Below are positions 29,100-41,031 of a stretch of 60,004 nt of DNA, one piece after another. Made by a program: the position numbers and the translations under genes. The notes under the pieces were generated by a model, which saw only the letters and a list, made by a program, of their open reading frames with translations, did no database searches and had not been told where the DNA came from. The stretch covers positions 1 through 60,004 of the forward strand of contig JBDHDE010000010.1 of assembly GCA_039591655.1 (NCBI GenBank), written 5' to 3'. The DNA is from Gemmatimonadota bacterium (GTDB lineage Bacteria; Gemmatimonadota; Gemmatimonadetes; Gemmatimonadales; GWC2-71-9). The stretch's first letter is position 1. Each line of letters starts with the position of its first letter.

Positions 29100-29702
29100 A
29101 TGAACGGCGACTCCGGCACGCCGAGCCTCTGTACCGAGGACAGGGAGACCCTGCTGCGCCTAGCCCGTCGTACGCTGGACGAGTGCCTGGGCAGCCGCCG
29201 CACCCTGGAGGAGTATCTGGATACCGGGGTGCTCCCGGATCCCTCCACGAGCTCCCCGGCCCTGCTGGAGCCCCGAGCGACGTTCGTCACCCTGTGGCGC
29301 CGGGACACGCGTGAGCTACGGGGCTGCCGCGGCGAGATACGGGCGCGGCGGGCATTGGTCGAGTCGGTCATGTACATGGCCGTGGCCTCGGCCGTCGACG
29401 ATCCCCGCTTCCCGCCCGTGACGGCCCCCGAGGTGCCGGGGCTCAGGATCGAGATCAGCGTGCTCGCGCCGCTGGAGCCGATCTCCGTGGAGGAGATCGA
29501 AGTCGGACGCCACGGCCTGATGATCGTCAAGGGAGGGTACTCGGGACTGTTGCTGCCGCAGGTGCCCGTCAGCCACGGCTGGGGCCGCGACAAGTTCCTG
29601 GTGGCTCTGTGTCGCAAGGCGGGCCTGGTGGAGACCGCCTGGAAGGCTCCGGGCGCCAAGCTCTACGGGTTCGAGACGGAGGAGTGGGCCGAAGCTGAAT
29701 AG
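29100..29702 (+). CDS. AMMECR1 domain protein (AmmeMemoRadiSam protein A)
   Basis: ATFVTL, LRGC.G, DPRFPP, IEISVL, GLLLPQV, LCRKAG. Confidence 0.9.
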   Translation: MNGDSGTPSLCTEDRETLLRLARRTLDECLGSRRTLEEYLDTGVLPDPSTSSPALLEPRATFVTLWRRDTRELRGCRGEIRARRALVESVMYMAVASAVDDPRFPPVTAPEVPGLRIEISVLAPLEPISVEEIEVGRHGLMIVKGGYSGLLLPQVPVSHGWGRDKFLVALCRKAGLVETAWKAPGAKLYGFETEEWAEAE

Positions 29703-29707
29703 CGGAG

Positions 29708-30430
29708 ATGAACCGAATGCAACACCGTAAGCTCCTGCTCCTCAGCAACTCCAAGAACTACGGCCACGGCTACCTGGAGCACGCCGAGGAGACCGTCAAG
29801 GGTTTCCTCGGGGAGGTACGCCAGGTGCTGTTCGTGCCGTTCGCTGGCGTGACTGTCAGCTTCGACGACTACGCCCGCCTCGTGCAGCAGCGGTTCGGGG
29901 AGCTGGGCTACGCCCTGCGGTCGGTGCACGAGGTGGAGGATCCCGTGCAGGCGGTGCGCGGCGCCGAGGCGGTGGCCGTGGGAGGCGGCAACACCTTCCA
30001 CCTGCTCGAGCGGCTGTACGCCACGGGCCTGCTCGACGCCATCCGCGCCCAGGTGCTGGAGGGGGTGCCGTACATGGGGTGGAGCGCCGGCTCCAACCTG
30101 GCCTGCCCCTCCATCAGGACCACCAACGACATGCCGATCGTGGAGCCCCCCGGCTTCGCGGCGCTCGACCTGGTGCCGTTCCAGATCAACCCGCACTATA
30201 CCGAGGCGCAGATCCCCAACCACGGCGGGGAGACCCGCGCCGACCGGATCAAGGAGTTCATCGAGGCCAACCCCGGCGTGTACGTGGTGGGCCTGCCCGA
30301 GGGCTGCATACTGCGCGTGGACGGGGACGAGCTGGAGCTGGTGGGCGAGAAACCCGCCAAGATCTTCGTGCAGGGGAGGGAACCGTTCGAGGTGGCCCCC
30401 GGCGAGTCGCTCCAGTTCCTGCTCGGGTAG
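29708..30430 (+). CDS. pepE: Dipeptidase E (peptidase S51)
   Basis: GGGNTF, GWSAG, IRTTNDMP, QINPHY, HGGETR. Confidence 0.95.
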   Translation: MNRMQHRKLLLLSNSKNYGHGYLEHAEETVKGFLGEVRQVLFVPFAGVTVSFDDYARLVQQRFGELGYALRSVHEVEDPVQAVRGAEAVAVGGGNTFHLLERLYATGLLDAIRAQVLEGVPYMGWSAGSNLACPSIRTTNDMPIVEPPGFAALDLVPFQINPHYTEAQIPNHGGETRADRIKEFIEANPGVYVVGLPEGCILRVDGDELELVGEKPAKIFVQGREPFEVAPGESLQFLLG

Positions 30431-30436
30431 CTCGCC

Positions 30437-31150
30437 CTACGCCGGCCCGTCCACCAGCTTACGCGCTTTCTTGAACACCCCGTACCACATTCTCTTGGTC
30501 AGTCGTCCCGTGTTGGTGTTCTGCAAGCTCGGGTGGTAGGAGCACATCAGGGTCATCCCATCCGGCAACGTGTGCACCGCGCCGTGGGCGAACTGGGGGT
30601 GTTCGCGCGGGGCGAGCCGGTCCCACCACCCCGCCGCGTCGAGCCACTGGCGGTGGGCCACGTGCCCCAGGGCCAGCGTCACCCGCACCCGGCCGTGCAG
30701 CCGCAGGTCGGCCTCGAGGAACGGGCGGCAGGCGCGCAGCTCCTGGCGGGTCGGCTTGTTCTGCGGTGGAGCGCACCGTGCCGCGGCGGTGATGTAGCAG
30801 TCGGTGAGCGCGAGCCCATCGTCGCGCGCCACCGATTCGGCCTGATTGGCGAACCCGAACCGGTGCAGCGCCTCGTACAGCCAGTTGTTGCGGGAGTCGC
30901 CGGTGAACATCCGCCCGGTGCGATTGGCGCCGTGAGCCGCGGGCGCGAGACCGACGATGAGCAGCCGCGCATCCGGGTCGCCGAAGCCGGGAACGGGGCG
31001 GGCCCAATAGTCGCGATCGCGGAAGGCGCGCCTTTTCACCCGGCCGACCTCCTCGCGGTACTCCACGAGGCGCGCACAGGCCCGGCATGAGACCACGGCG
31101 CGGGACAGGGCCGAGAGGGATGCGTAGCGTGCCACGGAAGCAAGATGCAC
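30437..31150 (-). CDS. Uracil-DNA glycosylase family 5 (UdgB-like, Fe-S)
   Basis: CRAC, GLAPAAHGANRTGRMFTGD, RCAPPQNKP, YHPS; exact start uncertain. Confidence 0.9.
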   Translation of the reverse strand: MHLASVARYASLSALSRAVVSCRACARLVEYREEVGRVKRRAFRDRDYWARPVPGFGDPDARLLIVGLAPAAHGANRTGRMFTGDSRNNWLYEALHRFGFANQAESVARDDGLALTDCYITAAARCAPPQNKPTRQELRACRPFLEADLRLHGRVRVTLALGHVAHRQWLDAAGWWDRLAPREHPQFAHGAVHTLPDGMTLMCSYHPSLQNTNTGRLTKRMWYGVFKKARKLVDGPA

Positions 31151-31233
31151 GGGGTGGGGGCTTGCCACCACCGGGTCGCGCTCGCCAATCTGCTGTGCAA
31201 CTGTACGCTTCGCTTCCCTGTGAGGTTCACGTG

Positions 31234-32538
31234 ATGAGGACCCTCCTAGCGCTGACCGCTGCCGCCGCCGCCGTCCTGCCGCCACGCGCAGCCGGCGCCC
31301 AGCAGCTCTCCCCCGTCGAGCGAGACATCGTGGCCTACATCGACGCGCACACCGAAGAGGCCTTCACCCTGCTCGAGCGGACGGTGAACATCAACTCTGG
31401 CACGATGAACCTCGAGGGGGTCGCGGAGGTCGGCCGGGTGTACGCCGCGGAGTTCGAGGCTCTGGGCATGGAGACCCGCTGGATCCCGATGCACGAGGTG
31501 AACCGGTCGGGCCACCTATTTGCGGAGAGCCGGGGGGACAGCGGCAAGACGGTGCTCTTGATCGGTCACCTGGACACGGTGTTCGAGAAGGACAGCCCGT
31601 TCCAGCGGTACGAGCGGCACGACTCGGTCGCGACGGGCCCGGGCGTAGCCGATATGAAGGGCGGCAACCTCGTGATCCTGCTGGCGCTGCAGGCGCTGCG
31701 TCATGTGGGCGCGCTCGAGGAAGCCAACATCATCGTGGCGTTCACCGGGGACGAGGAGCACACCAGCGATCCGTTGGAGATCGACCGGCGCGACCTGATC
31801 GAGGCGGGACGGCGCAGCGACGTGGCGCTGGGCTTCGAGGGCAACGTGGGTGGGGTGCGGAAGGCAACGGTAGCCCGCCGCGGGTTCACTGGCTGGACCC
31901 TCGAGGTGACCGGCACTCGGGCGCACTCGTCCGTGATCTTCCGCGAGGATCTGGGCAGCGGCGCGATCTACGAGGCGGCGCGCATCCTCACGGCATTCCA
32001 CGAGGATCTCACCGGCGAGCAGTACCTGACGTTCAACCCCGGAATCATCCTGGGCGGCACGGCGGTGGAGTACGACGCTCCCGAGAACAAGGGCTCGGCG
32101 TTCGGCAAGACCAACGTGATCGCCGAGCGCACCGTCGTGGCGGGAGACCTGCGCACTATCTCCTCCGAGCAGAACGAGCGCGCCAAGGAGCGGATGCGCG
32201 CGATCGTGGCACACCACATGCCCCACACGTCGGCAACCATCCGGTTCCGGGACTCATACCCGCCCATGGAACCGAGCGACGGGAACTACGCCGTCCTGGC
32301 GGAGCTCGATCAGGTGAGCAGGGATCTCGGCTACGGTCCGGTGGCGGAGGTGGACCCGGGCCGCCGCGGCGCCGCCGACATCTCGTTCGTCGCCTCCCAT
32401 GTGCGAGGAGGCTCGCTCTCAGGCCTGGGGCCGGAAGGTGACGGCGCCCACACGGTGCACGAATCGCTGGATCTCACCACGGTGCCCCTCATGGCCAAGC
32501 GTGCAGCGGTGTTGGTGTACCGCATCACGCGGGAGTGA
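31234..32538 (+). CDS. Secreted M20/M25/M40 metallohydrolase
   Basis: Signal peptide; GHLDTVF, DMKGG, GDEE, GAH. Confidence 0.92.
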   Translation: MRTLLALTAAAAAVLPPRAAGAQQLSPVERDIVAYIDAHTEEAFTLLERTVNINSGTMNLEGVAEVGRVYAAEFEALGMETRWIPMHEVNRSGHLFAESRGDSGKTVLLIGHLDTVFEKDSPFQRYERHDSVATGPGVADMKGGNLVILLALQALRHVGALEEANIIVAFTGDEEHTSDPLEIDRRDLIEAGRRSDVALGFEGNVGGVRKATVARRGFTGWTLEVTGTRAHSSVIFREDLGSGAIYEAARILTAFHEDLTGEQYLTFNPGIILGGTAVEYDAPENKGSAFGKTNVIAERTVVAGDLRTISSEQNERAKERMRAIVAHHMPHTSATIRFRDSYPPMEPSDGNYAVLAELDQVSRDLGYGPVAEVDPGRRGAADISFVASHVRGGSLSGLGPEGDGAHTVHESLDLTTVPLMAKRAAVLVYRITRE

Positions 32539-32696
32539 GGTCCGCCGGGACCGCGATCCCTGCGAGCGCGGCGACGGAGCGAGTGGCGGCCAGTCGTCCG
32601 CGGTCCGTATCTTCTTTCGGAAGTACGACCACGGGCCATCGTTCCCAACGCCGTCCAGGCTTCGTCACAACCACCAGCGTCGAGGATGCCTCCGCC

Positions 32697-34364
32697 GTGC
32701 CCCGTCTTCTCATCGTTGCCACGCTTCTGCTCTGCTCCCTCGGGTCAGCGCGCGCGCAGGATTCGCAGCCGTTCGCCCGCGCCGACACGTTGCGGGGCTC
32801 CTTCACGACTCCCGGGCGCGTGTGGTGGGATGTGACGTTCTACGATCTCCACGTTGCCGTGGACCCGGCCGACAGCAGCATCGAGGGACGCAATGCGATC
32901 ACCTACCGGGTCTTCCACCCGGGCCGCGAGTTGCAGATAGACCTGATGGTACCCCTGCTGGTGGACAGCATGGTGCAAGGCGGCCGCGCGGTGGCTTTCC
33001 GCCGCGACGGGAATGCGTTCTTCGCCACGTTCGAGGAGCCTCAGCGCGCGGGCGGCCACAAGACGATCACGGTCTATTACCATGGCAAGCCGCACGTGGC
33101 CATTCAGCCGCCGTGGGAGGGCGGCTTCACCTGGGCGACCGACAGCCTGGGCCGGCCGTGGGTTGTGACCACCGACCAGGGGGTGGGAGCCGGCATCTGG
33201 TGGCCCAACAAGGACACCCAGGCCGACGAGCCTGACAGCCAGCGCGTGGCAATCACAGTGCCCGACCCGATGATCAACGTCTCCAACGGGCGGCTGCGGA
33301 ATACCACCCGCAATCCGGACGGTACCACGACCTACGAATGGTTCGTGGTGAATCCGATCAACAACTATTCCATCGTCGTCAATGCAGGCAGCTACGCGCA
33401 TTACAGCGACTTGTTTCAGGGGGAGAGAGGCGAGCTGACGCTCGAGTACTGGCCGCTCGACTACAACCTCGAAGCTGCCAGGCGGCAGTTCCCGCAGGTC
33501 ATCTCCACCCTCGAATGCTTCGAGCACTGGTTTGGACCCTACCCCTGGTACGAGGACGGCTTCCAGCTCGTCGAGGTGCCGCACAACGGCATGGAGCACC
33601 AGAGCGCCATCGCGTACGGCAACCCGTACTCGAACGGGTACCAGGGGGTCGACCTGTCTGGCACCGGGCTCGGGCTGAAATGGGACTTCATCATCGTGCA
33701 CGAGACCGCCCACGAGTGGTGGGGCAACAACATCACCACGAAGGACATAGCGGACATGTGGGTGCACGAGAGCTTCGCCAACTATGCGGAGAACCTCTAC
33801 ACCGAGTGTCTCTTCGGGAAGGAAGCCGGAGCGCAGTACGTCATTGGAAGCCGCCGCGGGATTCAGAACGATCGGCCCATCATCCCGCCCTACAATGTCA
33901 ACGCGGAGGGCTCAGGTGACATGTACCCCAAGGGCGGCAACATGCTGCACACCATCCGCCAGATCGTGGACGACGACGAGAAGTGGCGCTCCATCCTGCG
34001 CGGCCTGAACGAGACCTTCTGGCACCAGACCGTCATGGGCTGGCAGATCGAGGAGCACATCGTCGAGCAGTTGGGGATCGACCTGACGAGGGTGTTCGAT
34101 CAGTACTTGCGCACGACGCAGATCCCCGTCCTCGAGTACCGGATCGAGGGCGACACGCTCCATTATCGCTGGGCGAACGTGGTGCCGGGGTTCGACATGA
34201 CGGTGGGCGTCACACTCAGTGCCGGAGGTGGCTTCACCGTGATCCACCCTACCGAGGTGTGGCAGACGGCGCCGATCGCGCTCGCGGATCCGGCCGATTT
34301 CAGTGCGGATCCCAACTACTACATCGCAATTCACGACGTGTCTGGCGACGCAGGAACCAGGTAG
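32697..34364 (+). CDS. Secreted M1 family aminopeptidase
   Basis: GMEHQ, HETAHEWWGN (HExxH) followed by W.HE; signal peptide from the GTG at 32697. Confidence 0.92.
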   Translation: MPRLLIVATLLLCSLGSARAQDSQPFARADTLRGSFTTPGRVWWDVTFYDLHVAVDPADSSIEGRNAITYRVFHPGRELQIDLMVPLLVDSMVQGGRAVAFRRDGNAFFATFEEPQRAGGHKTITVYYHGKPHVAIQPPWEGGFTWATDSLGRPWVVTTDQGVGAGIWWPNKDTQADEPDSQRVAITVPDPMINVSNGRLRNTTRNPDGTTTYEWFVVNPINNYSIVVNAGSYAHYSDLFQGERGELTLEYWPLDYNLEAARRQFPQVISTLECFEHWFGPYPWYEDGFQLVEVPHNGMEHQSAIAYGNPYSNGYQGVDLSGTGLGLKWDFIIVHETAHEWWGNNITTKDIADMWVHESFANYAENLYTECLFGKEAGAQYVIGSRRGIQNDRPIIPPYNVNAEGSGDMYPKGGNMLHTIRQIVDDDEKWRSILRGLNETFWHQTVMGWQIEEHIVEQLGIDLTRVFDQYLRTTQIPVLEYRIEGDTLHYRWANVVPGFDMTVGVTLSAGGGFTVIHPTEVWQTAPIALADPADFSADPNYYIAIHDVSGDAGTR

Positions 34365-34457
34365 GTAGCGCGGGTTGGTGGTGTTTCTTCCCGTCACGAG
34401 GATGGGCGGGAGGGTCGATGAGAACCTAAGAGAAGAACTCGGCTAACCCGGCTGCGG

Positions 34458-34763
34458 TCAGGTGTCGCACTTCCGGATGCAGTTCAGGATGTGTCCCACC
34501 TTGGGCTCCACGATCCGGTAGTACACGAAGTTCCCGTCCCGCCGGGCGGCCACGATGTTCGCCCCCCGCATCCTGGCCAGGTGTTGCGAGACGATGGCCT
34601 GCGGCAGGTCGAGGGCCTCCTGGATCTCGGACACCGAGGCCTCCCCCTGCTCCAGGACCTCCACGATCTTCAGCCGTTCGGTGTGGCCCAACATCTTGAT
34701 GATGTCGGCCGCCCGGATGAGGATCTCCTGGTCGATGCCGCGTACCAGCTGCTTGGGCGCCAT
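34458..34763 (-). CDS. ArsR/SmtB family transcriptional regulator
   Basis: GHTERLKI, SVSEI, VSQHLARM, G..VYY; C-terminal CxxxC. Confidence 0.9.
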   Translation of the reverse strand: MAPKQLVRGIDQEILIRAADIIKMLGHTERLKIVEVLEQGEASVSEIQEALDLPQAIVSQHLARMRGANIVAARRDGNFVYYRIVEPKVGHILNCIRKCDT

Positions 34764-34770
34764 GGCCAAT

Positions 34771-34799
34771 AGTCTAATAGCAATGTTGCTATATGTCAA
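34771..34799 (-). promoter_or_regulatory. sigma70 promoter TTGACA-N17-TAGACT with operator palindrome ATAGCAA-N2-TTGCTAT in the spacer
   Basis: Perfect -35, 17 nt spacer, -10 ends 7 nt before the arsR ATG; perfect 7-2-7 inverted repeat at 34777-34792. Confidence 0.8.
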
Positions 34800-34821
34800 C
34801 GCTCGATATGCCGCTGAGAGC

Positions 34822-34857
34822 AACAAAAGGAGACCCCGGGGCTGCCCGGGGTCTCCT
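34822..34857 (-). terminator. Intrinsic terminator of gyrB
   Basis: GGAGACCCCGGG/CCCGGGGTCTCC stem followed by TTTTGTT on the minus strand. Confidence 0.8.
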
Positions 34858-34883
34858 GGATGGCCGGCCGAGTGGGCCGCGCC

Positions 34884-37028
<2,145 letters not shown>

Positions 37029-37331
37029 TCACTCGGCACGCCACACGATGCGGCTGATCTTCTTGCCCCGTGAGCCGAGCTTCCTGAGGATTTCCGGGGA
37101 GAGGAGTTGCAGCTCCTGCATCCAGGCCGCCGAGCGCACGCTGACGAATAGGACACCTTCCCGGGTCACGGCGAGGGGGGTCGCCACCTCGGCGATCTTT
37201 GGTCCCACGAGCTCGGGCCACTCCGGGATCACGCTGGCCTGGTCCAGGCGGCGCTTGATCCCGCTCTTCTTGACGTAGGATTTGAGTGCCTCGCCCAGGG
37301 GCGTGGCCCGGTCCCGGCGCTTACGAGGCAA
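37029..37331 (-). CDS. DUF721 / DciA-like protein
   Basis: WPELVG..IA, L.V...SAAWMQEL; between recF and gyrB. Confidence 0.85.
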   Translation of the reverse strand: MPRKRRDRATPLGEALKSYVKKSGIKRRLDQASVIPEWPELVGPKIAEVATPLAVTREGVLFVSVRSAAWMQELQLLSPEILRKLGSRGKKISRIVWRAE

Positions 37332-38391
37332 TACGGCCTCCCTCCATGCGCCACCGTGGCCGCTGCAGCAGCGCGGTGGGCACCTCCGACTCCCGGGGCG
37401 CGGTCACAATCGCCTGGCCGGGCAGCGTCTCCTGAATCAGGGTGAGGAGCCGGGCCTGGCGTCCCGCGTCGAGCTCGGCGAACACGTCGTCGTACAGGGC
37501 GATGGGAGCGTGGTCCCGAGCGTCCCCGATGGTCTCAGCCTCCAGCAGCCGCAGCGCGATGGCCCCGGTGCGCTGCTGCCCGGAGGAACCGTAAGTCCGA
37601 AGATCGTGGCCGCTCAAGGACAGGTCCAGGTCGTCCCGGTGCGGGCCCACGGTGGTCATGCCGCGGCGCAGGTCCCGCTCCAGCACGTCGGCGAGCTGGC
37701 GTCTCAGCCCATCCGGGGTGTTGTCGGTTCCGGGGTGGTGGGCGTGATAGCGCAGTCCCGGCTCGCCGCCCTCGCCCAGGGCGCGACACAGCTCGGCGTA
37801 GCGATCGGCCCAGCGCTCCGTCCAGCGCCGCCGCGCCGCCCCGACCTCTGCCGCCGCCCGGGAGAACGGCTCGTCGAATGCCCGCGCCTCCTCGGCCCGG
37901 CCGCGCTTGAGGGCCGCGTTGCGCTGCCTGAGGGCATTGCGCATCGCCGTGAGCCGCGCCAGGAATCCCCGCTCGCTGAGCGCCAGCAGCACGTCCAGAT
38001 AGCGCCGCCGGCCCGCCGGTCCAGCGGCCACGATGGCCCGGTCGGCAGGGGAGAAGACCACGGCGGTCACGAGCCCCACCCCCTCGGACAGCTTGCCCAC
38101 CTCGGCCCGGTCCACCGTCACCTTCTTGCGGCGGCCCGCCACCTCGTAGCCCACGGTGACGTGCTGCGCTCCCGTACCGGCCACGAAGAACCCGGCCTCG
38201 CCGAAGCGGACCAACTCCCGGTCCTTGGCTCCTCGGGCGGAGCGGAACAGCACCAGGTAGTAGATCGCTTCCAGGAAATTGGTCTTGCCGTGCCCGTTCT
38301 CCCCCAGGAGCACCACGCCCTCGGGTGGGAAATCGACGTCCAGGGCGGCGAGATTGCGGAAGTTGCGGACCGCGAGCGCTGTCAGGTGCAC
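37321..38391 (-). CDS. recF: DNA replication/repair protein RecF
   Basis: NFRNL, GENGHGKTN, RRRYLD, GPHRDDL, S.GQQR, DDVFAELD. Confidence 0.95.
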   Translation of the reverse strand: MHLTALAVRNFRNLAALDVDFPPEGVVLLGENGHGKTNFLEAIYYLVLFRSARGAKDRELVRFGEAGFFVAGTGAQHVTVGYEVAGRRKKVTVDRAEVGKLSEGVGLVTAVVFSPADRAIVAAGPAGRRRYLDVLLALSERGFLARLTAMRNALRQRNAALKRGRAEEARAFDEPFSRAAAEVGAARRRWTERWADRYAELCRALGEGGEPGLRYHAHHPGTDNTPDGLRRQLADVLERDLRRGMTTVGPHRDDLDLSLSGHDLRTYGSSGQQRTGAIALRLLEAETIGDARDHAPIALYDDVFAELDAGRQARLLTLIQETLPGQAIVTAPRESEVPTALLQRPRWRMEGGRIAS

Positions 38392-38404
38392 GGCGGGTCC
38401 GGCG

Positions 38405-39337
38405 TCACTGCACGATGAAGGTGCGGTCCCTGCTGGTGCGGTTGCCGAAGTCGTCGGTGGCACTGACTCTGAAGAGGATGGTTCCCGTGAGGTTCGCCGG
38501 CACGTTGATCTGGTAGGTCACCTCGAAGATACTGCCGACGGGCCTCCACTGGGGCCACACGAATGCCATCTCTCCGCCCACCCTGGCGTCGACGGATGCG
38601 AGGTTCGAGTTGTCCAGGATGCGCAGGCGCACATTGATCGTGGTCCCGGCCTGGAACACGCTGTCGGTGGGAGCGGGGAGCAGGAACTCCACCGTGGGTC
38701 CCACGTTGTCGTCCCCCTGCTGCACCTCGGGCTCCGAGAAGATGGGACGCTCCGGCTCGCCGCAGGCGGCAGCGATGACCAGCGCGAGGGCGCCGAGCAG
38801 CGTGCCGGCCCTGGGCCCCGCTCGGCGCGGGCGACGCGCGGTCTCCAGATCCAGCAGCCGGCGCTTGAGGTCGAGGCCGCCGCCGTAGCCCCCCAGCCGC
38901 CCCCCTGCGGCCACCACCCGGTGACAGGGGATGACCGGGGGGACCGGATTGCGGCCGTTGGCGGTGCCGACGGCCCGGGCCGCACCGGGGCTCCCGATGG
39001 AGGCCGCGATCTCGCCGTAGGACTTCGTCTCGCCGTAAGGGATTCGGGCCACCGCGTCCCACACGCGACGGTCGAAATCCGTGCCGCGCGGCGCAGTGCG
39101 GAAGCTGAATCGGGTGCGGCGCCCGGCAGCGTACTCCGCCAGCTCGCCGGCCACCCTGCGCTCGATCGCGTCTCGAGGCGCCCGGGCACCGCGGCGGTTG
39201 AGCTCGATCCGCGTGACCGCATCGCCCTCAACCGTCACGGCGAGGGCCGTGAGGTCGGTCTCCACGGTGAACGGCGAACCGCCCGACGCGGCCCCGTGCG
39301 GGCGGGGCTGGGTCCGACCTGCGTTGGATGGCATCAT
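38405..39337 (-). CDS. ogt: Methylated-DNA-protein-cysteine methyltransferase fused to TM/lipobox segment and Ig-like domain
   Basis: GTDF..RVW, IPYGET.SY, RAVG.ANG.NP, IPCHRVV; continues without a stop into LLGALALVIAAAC and a beta-rich domain. Confidence 0.85.
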   Translation of the reverse strand: MMPSNAGRTQPRPHGAASGGSPFTVETDLTALAVTVEGDAVTRIELNRRGARAPRDAIERRVAGELAEYAAGRRTRFSFRTAPRGTDFDRRVWDAVARIPYGETKSYGEIAASIGSPGAARAVGTANGRNPVPPVIPCHRVVAAGGRLGGYGGGLDLKRRLLDLETARRPRRAGPRAGTLLGALALVIAAACGEPERPIFSEPEVQQGDDNVGPTVEFLLPAPTDSVFQAGTTINVRLRILDNSNLASVDARVGGEMAFVWPQWRPVGSIFEVTYQINVPANLTGTILFRVSATDDFGNRTSRDRTFIVQ

Positions 39338-39483
39338 TTCCAATCTACCACGCGAGGACCCAGCGGGGTTCCCCACGTCGGCTTCATGATTTCTTCATGC
39401 TGGTATGCGCAGGGTAGCACGAGGCGGGCAGTCGGGATTCTGCCCGACGGGCCCGCCGCTTCAGCCACCGGGGGGTTGAGAGC

Positions 39484-40212
39484 GTGCCACAACAAGTGCC
39501 TCGCCTGGCAGCGGTATTCGCCGTCGCCCTGGCCGGTATGCTGGTCGGGAGATGGCTGCTGGTGCCTGACACCTTCGGCGACCTGGGCCACTACCGTGCC
39601 GCCGCCGTCGACTCTATCGCCGCCCACCCCGAGAAATACGCCGGGCACCAGGAGTGCTCGCTGTGCCACCGGCCGATCGCCGAGATGCGTGAAGAGTCGA
39701 ACCATCGGGGAGTGCGCTGCGAGGTGTGCCACGGGCCGGCGGCGGCCCATGTCGCCGCGCCGCTCGACGTCAAGCCGTCCGCGCCACGGGAGCGCGGCTT
39801 CTGCCCGCTGTGCCATTCTTACAACCCGTCGCGACCGACCGGCTTCCCCCAGATCGACACGGTGACGCACAACCCGCGGATGCCGTGCATCGGCTGCCAC
39901 GATGCCCATGCGCCGGAGCCGCCAGTCACGCCCGAGGAGTGCGGCGCGTGCCACGGCCAGATTGCGCGCCAGAAGATCGTTTCCCACCACGTGGAGCTTA
40001 GCTGCACCACGTGCCACGAGGCACCGGATAGGCACAAGATCGACCCGCGGTCAGTGCGACCCGGCAAGCCCACGGATCGGAGCTTCTGCGGCACCTGTCA
40101 CGCGACGGACGCAGCGTCGCCCGAGCGGATACCACGCATCGACTTGCGCAGCCATGGCCAGCCCTACGTCTGCTGGCAGTGTCACTACCCTCACTACCCA
40201 GAGGCCTCATGA
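39484..40212 (+). CDS. Membrane-anchored octaheme cytochrome c (duplicated tetraheme unit)
   Basis: 8 CXXCH; N-terminal hydrophobic anchor. Confidence 0.9.
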   Translation: MPQQVPRLAAVFAVALAGMLVGRWLLVPDTFGDLGHYRAAAVDSIAAHPEKYAGHQECSLCHRPIAEMREESNHRGVRCEVCHGPAAAHVAAPLDVKPSAPRERGFCPLCHSYNPSRPTGFPQIDTVTHNPRMPCIGCHDAHAPEPPVTPEECGACHGQIARQKIVSHHVELSCTTCHEAPDRHKIDPRSVRPGKPTDRSFCGTCHATDAASPERIPRIDLRSHGQPYVCWQCHYPHYPEAS

Positions 40213-41030
40213 ACCCGGGACACCCGGCCCCGACTGGGCGGCCCGCCGAGCGCCTCGACGCGGAATCGGCTGACCGCCGGGAGTTCCTGCGGGATCTGCT
40301 CGGCGTGTGCGGAGCCGTAGCCCCGGTTCTCCTGCTCGGTACGGTGAGCGTGCCGACCGCCGGTGCCCAGGAACGGGGGGCGGGAGTCTACGATCCAACC
40401 GACCATCTCTACGGGATGGGGATCGACCCCGGCAAGTGCATCGGGTGTGCCCGCTGTGTGTTTGCCTGCAAGACGGAGAACGACGTCCCGCTCGATCCCC
40501 ATTTCTTCAACACGTGGATCGAGCGCTTCGTGATCCGCCGCGATGGGGAAGTGGAGGTGGACAGCCCCAATGGCGGACTCGACGGCTTCCCTCCCCTCGA
40601 GAACGAGTCAACCATTCGTCGCTCCTTCTTTGTGCCCAAGCTGTGCAATCAGTGCACCAACCCGCCATGCGTGCAGGTGTGTCCGGTCGGCGCGACCTTC
40701 ATCACGCAAGATGGGGTCGTCCTGGTTGATGAGGAGTACTGCATTGGCTGCCGCTACTGCGTGCAGGCCTGTCCCTACGGCGCCCGGTGGATGCACCCCG
40801 AGAAGCACGTGGCGTCGAAGTGCACGTTCTGCTACCACCGGTTGGTGGACGGCCTCGTGCCAGTGTGCGTGGAGGTCTGTCCCACGGGCGCCCGGATCTT
40901 CGGCGAGGTCGAGCGACGGTCCACCCCACTCGCCCGGTTCATGCAATTCAACGACGTGCAGGTCCTGAAGCCTCACCTCAACACGAAGCCCAAGGCCTAC
41001 TACGCCAACCTGGACGGGGAGGTGCGGTAG
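40209..41030 (+). CDS. Tat-exported 4x[4Fe-4S] protein (NrfC/PsrB/DmsB family)
   Basis: DRREFL Tat motif; CIGCARC, CNQCTNPPC, CIGCRYC, KCTFC; ATGA overlap with upstream gene. Confidence 0.92.
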   Translation: MNPGHPAPTGRPAERLDAESADRREFLRDLLGVCGAVAPVLLLGTVSVPTAGAQERGAGVYDPTDHLYGMGIDPGKCIGCARCVFACKTENDVPLDPHFFNTWIERFVIRRDGEVEVDSPNGGLDGFPPLENESTIRRSFFVPKLCNQCTNPPCVQVCPVGATFITQDGVVLVDEEYCIGCRYCVQACPYGARWMHPEKHVASKCTFCYHRLVDGLVPVCVEVCPTGARIFGEVERRSTPLARFMQFNDVQVLKPHLNTKPKAYYANLDGEVR

Positions 41031-41031
41031 G

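Noticed and set aside
29100..29702. Complete AmmeMemoRadiSam system
   Set aside because: Only protein A is present; no Memo-like or radical SAM gene is nearby.
39386..39400. CATGA-N5-TCATG palindrome upstream of the respiratory cluster
   Set aside because: Short, and its spacing does not match FNR, CRP or Rex; could be chance.
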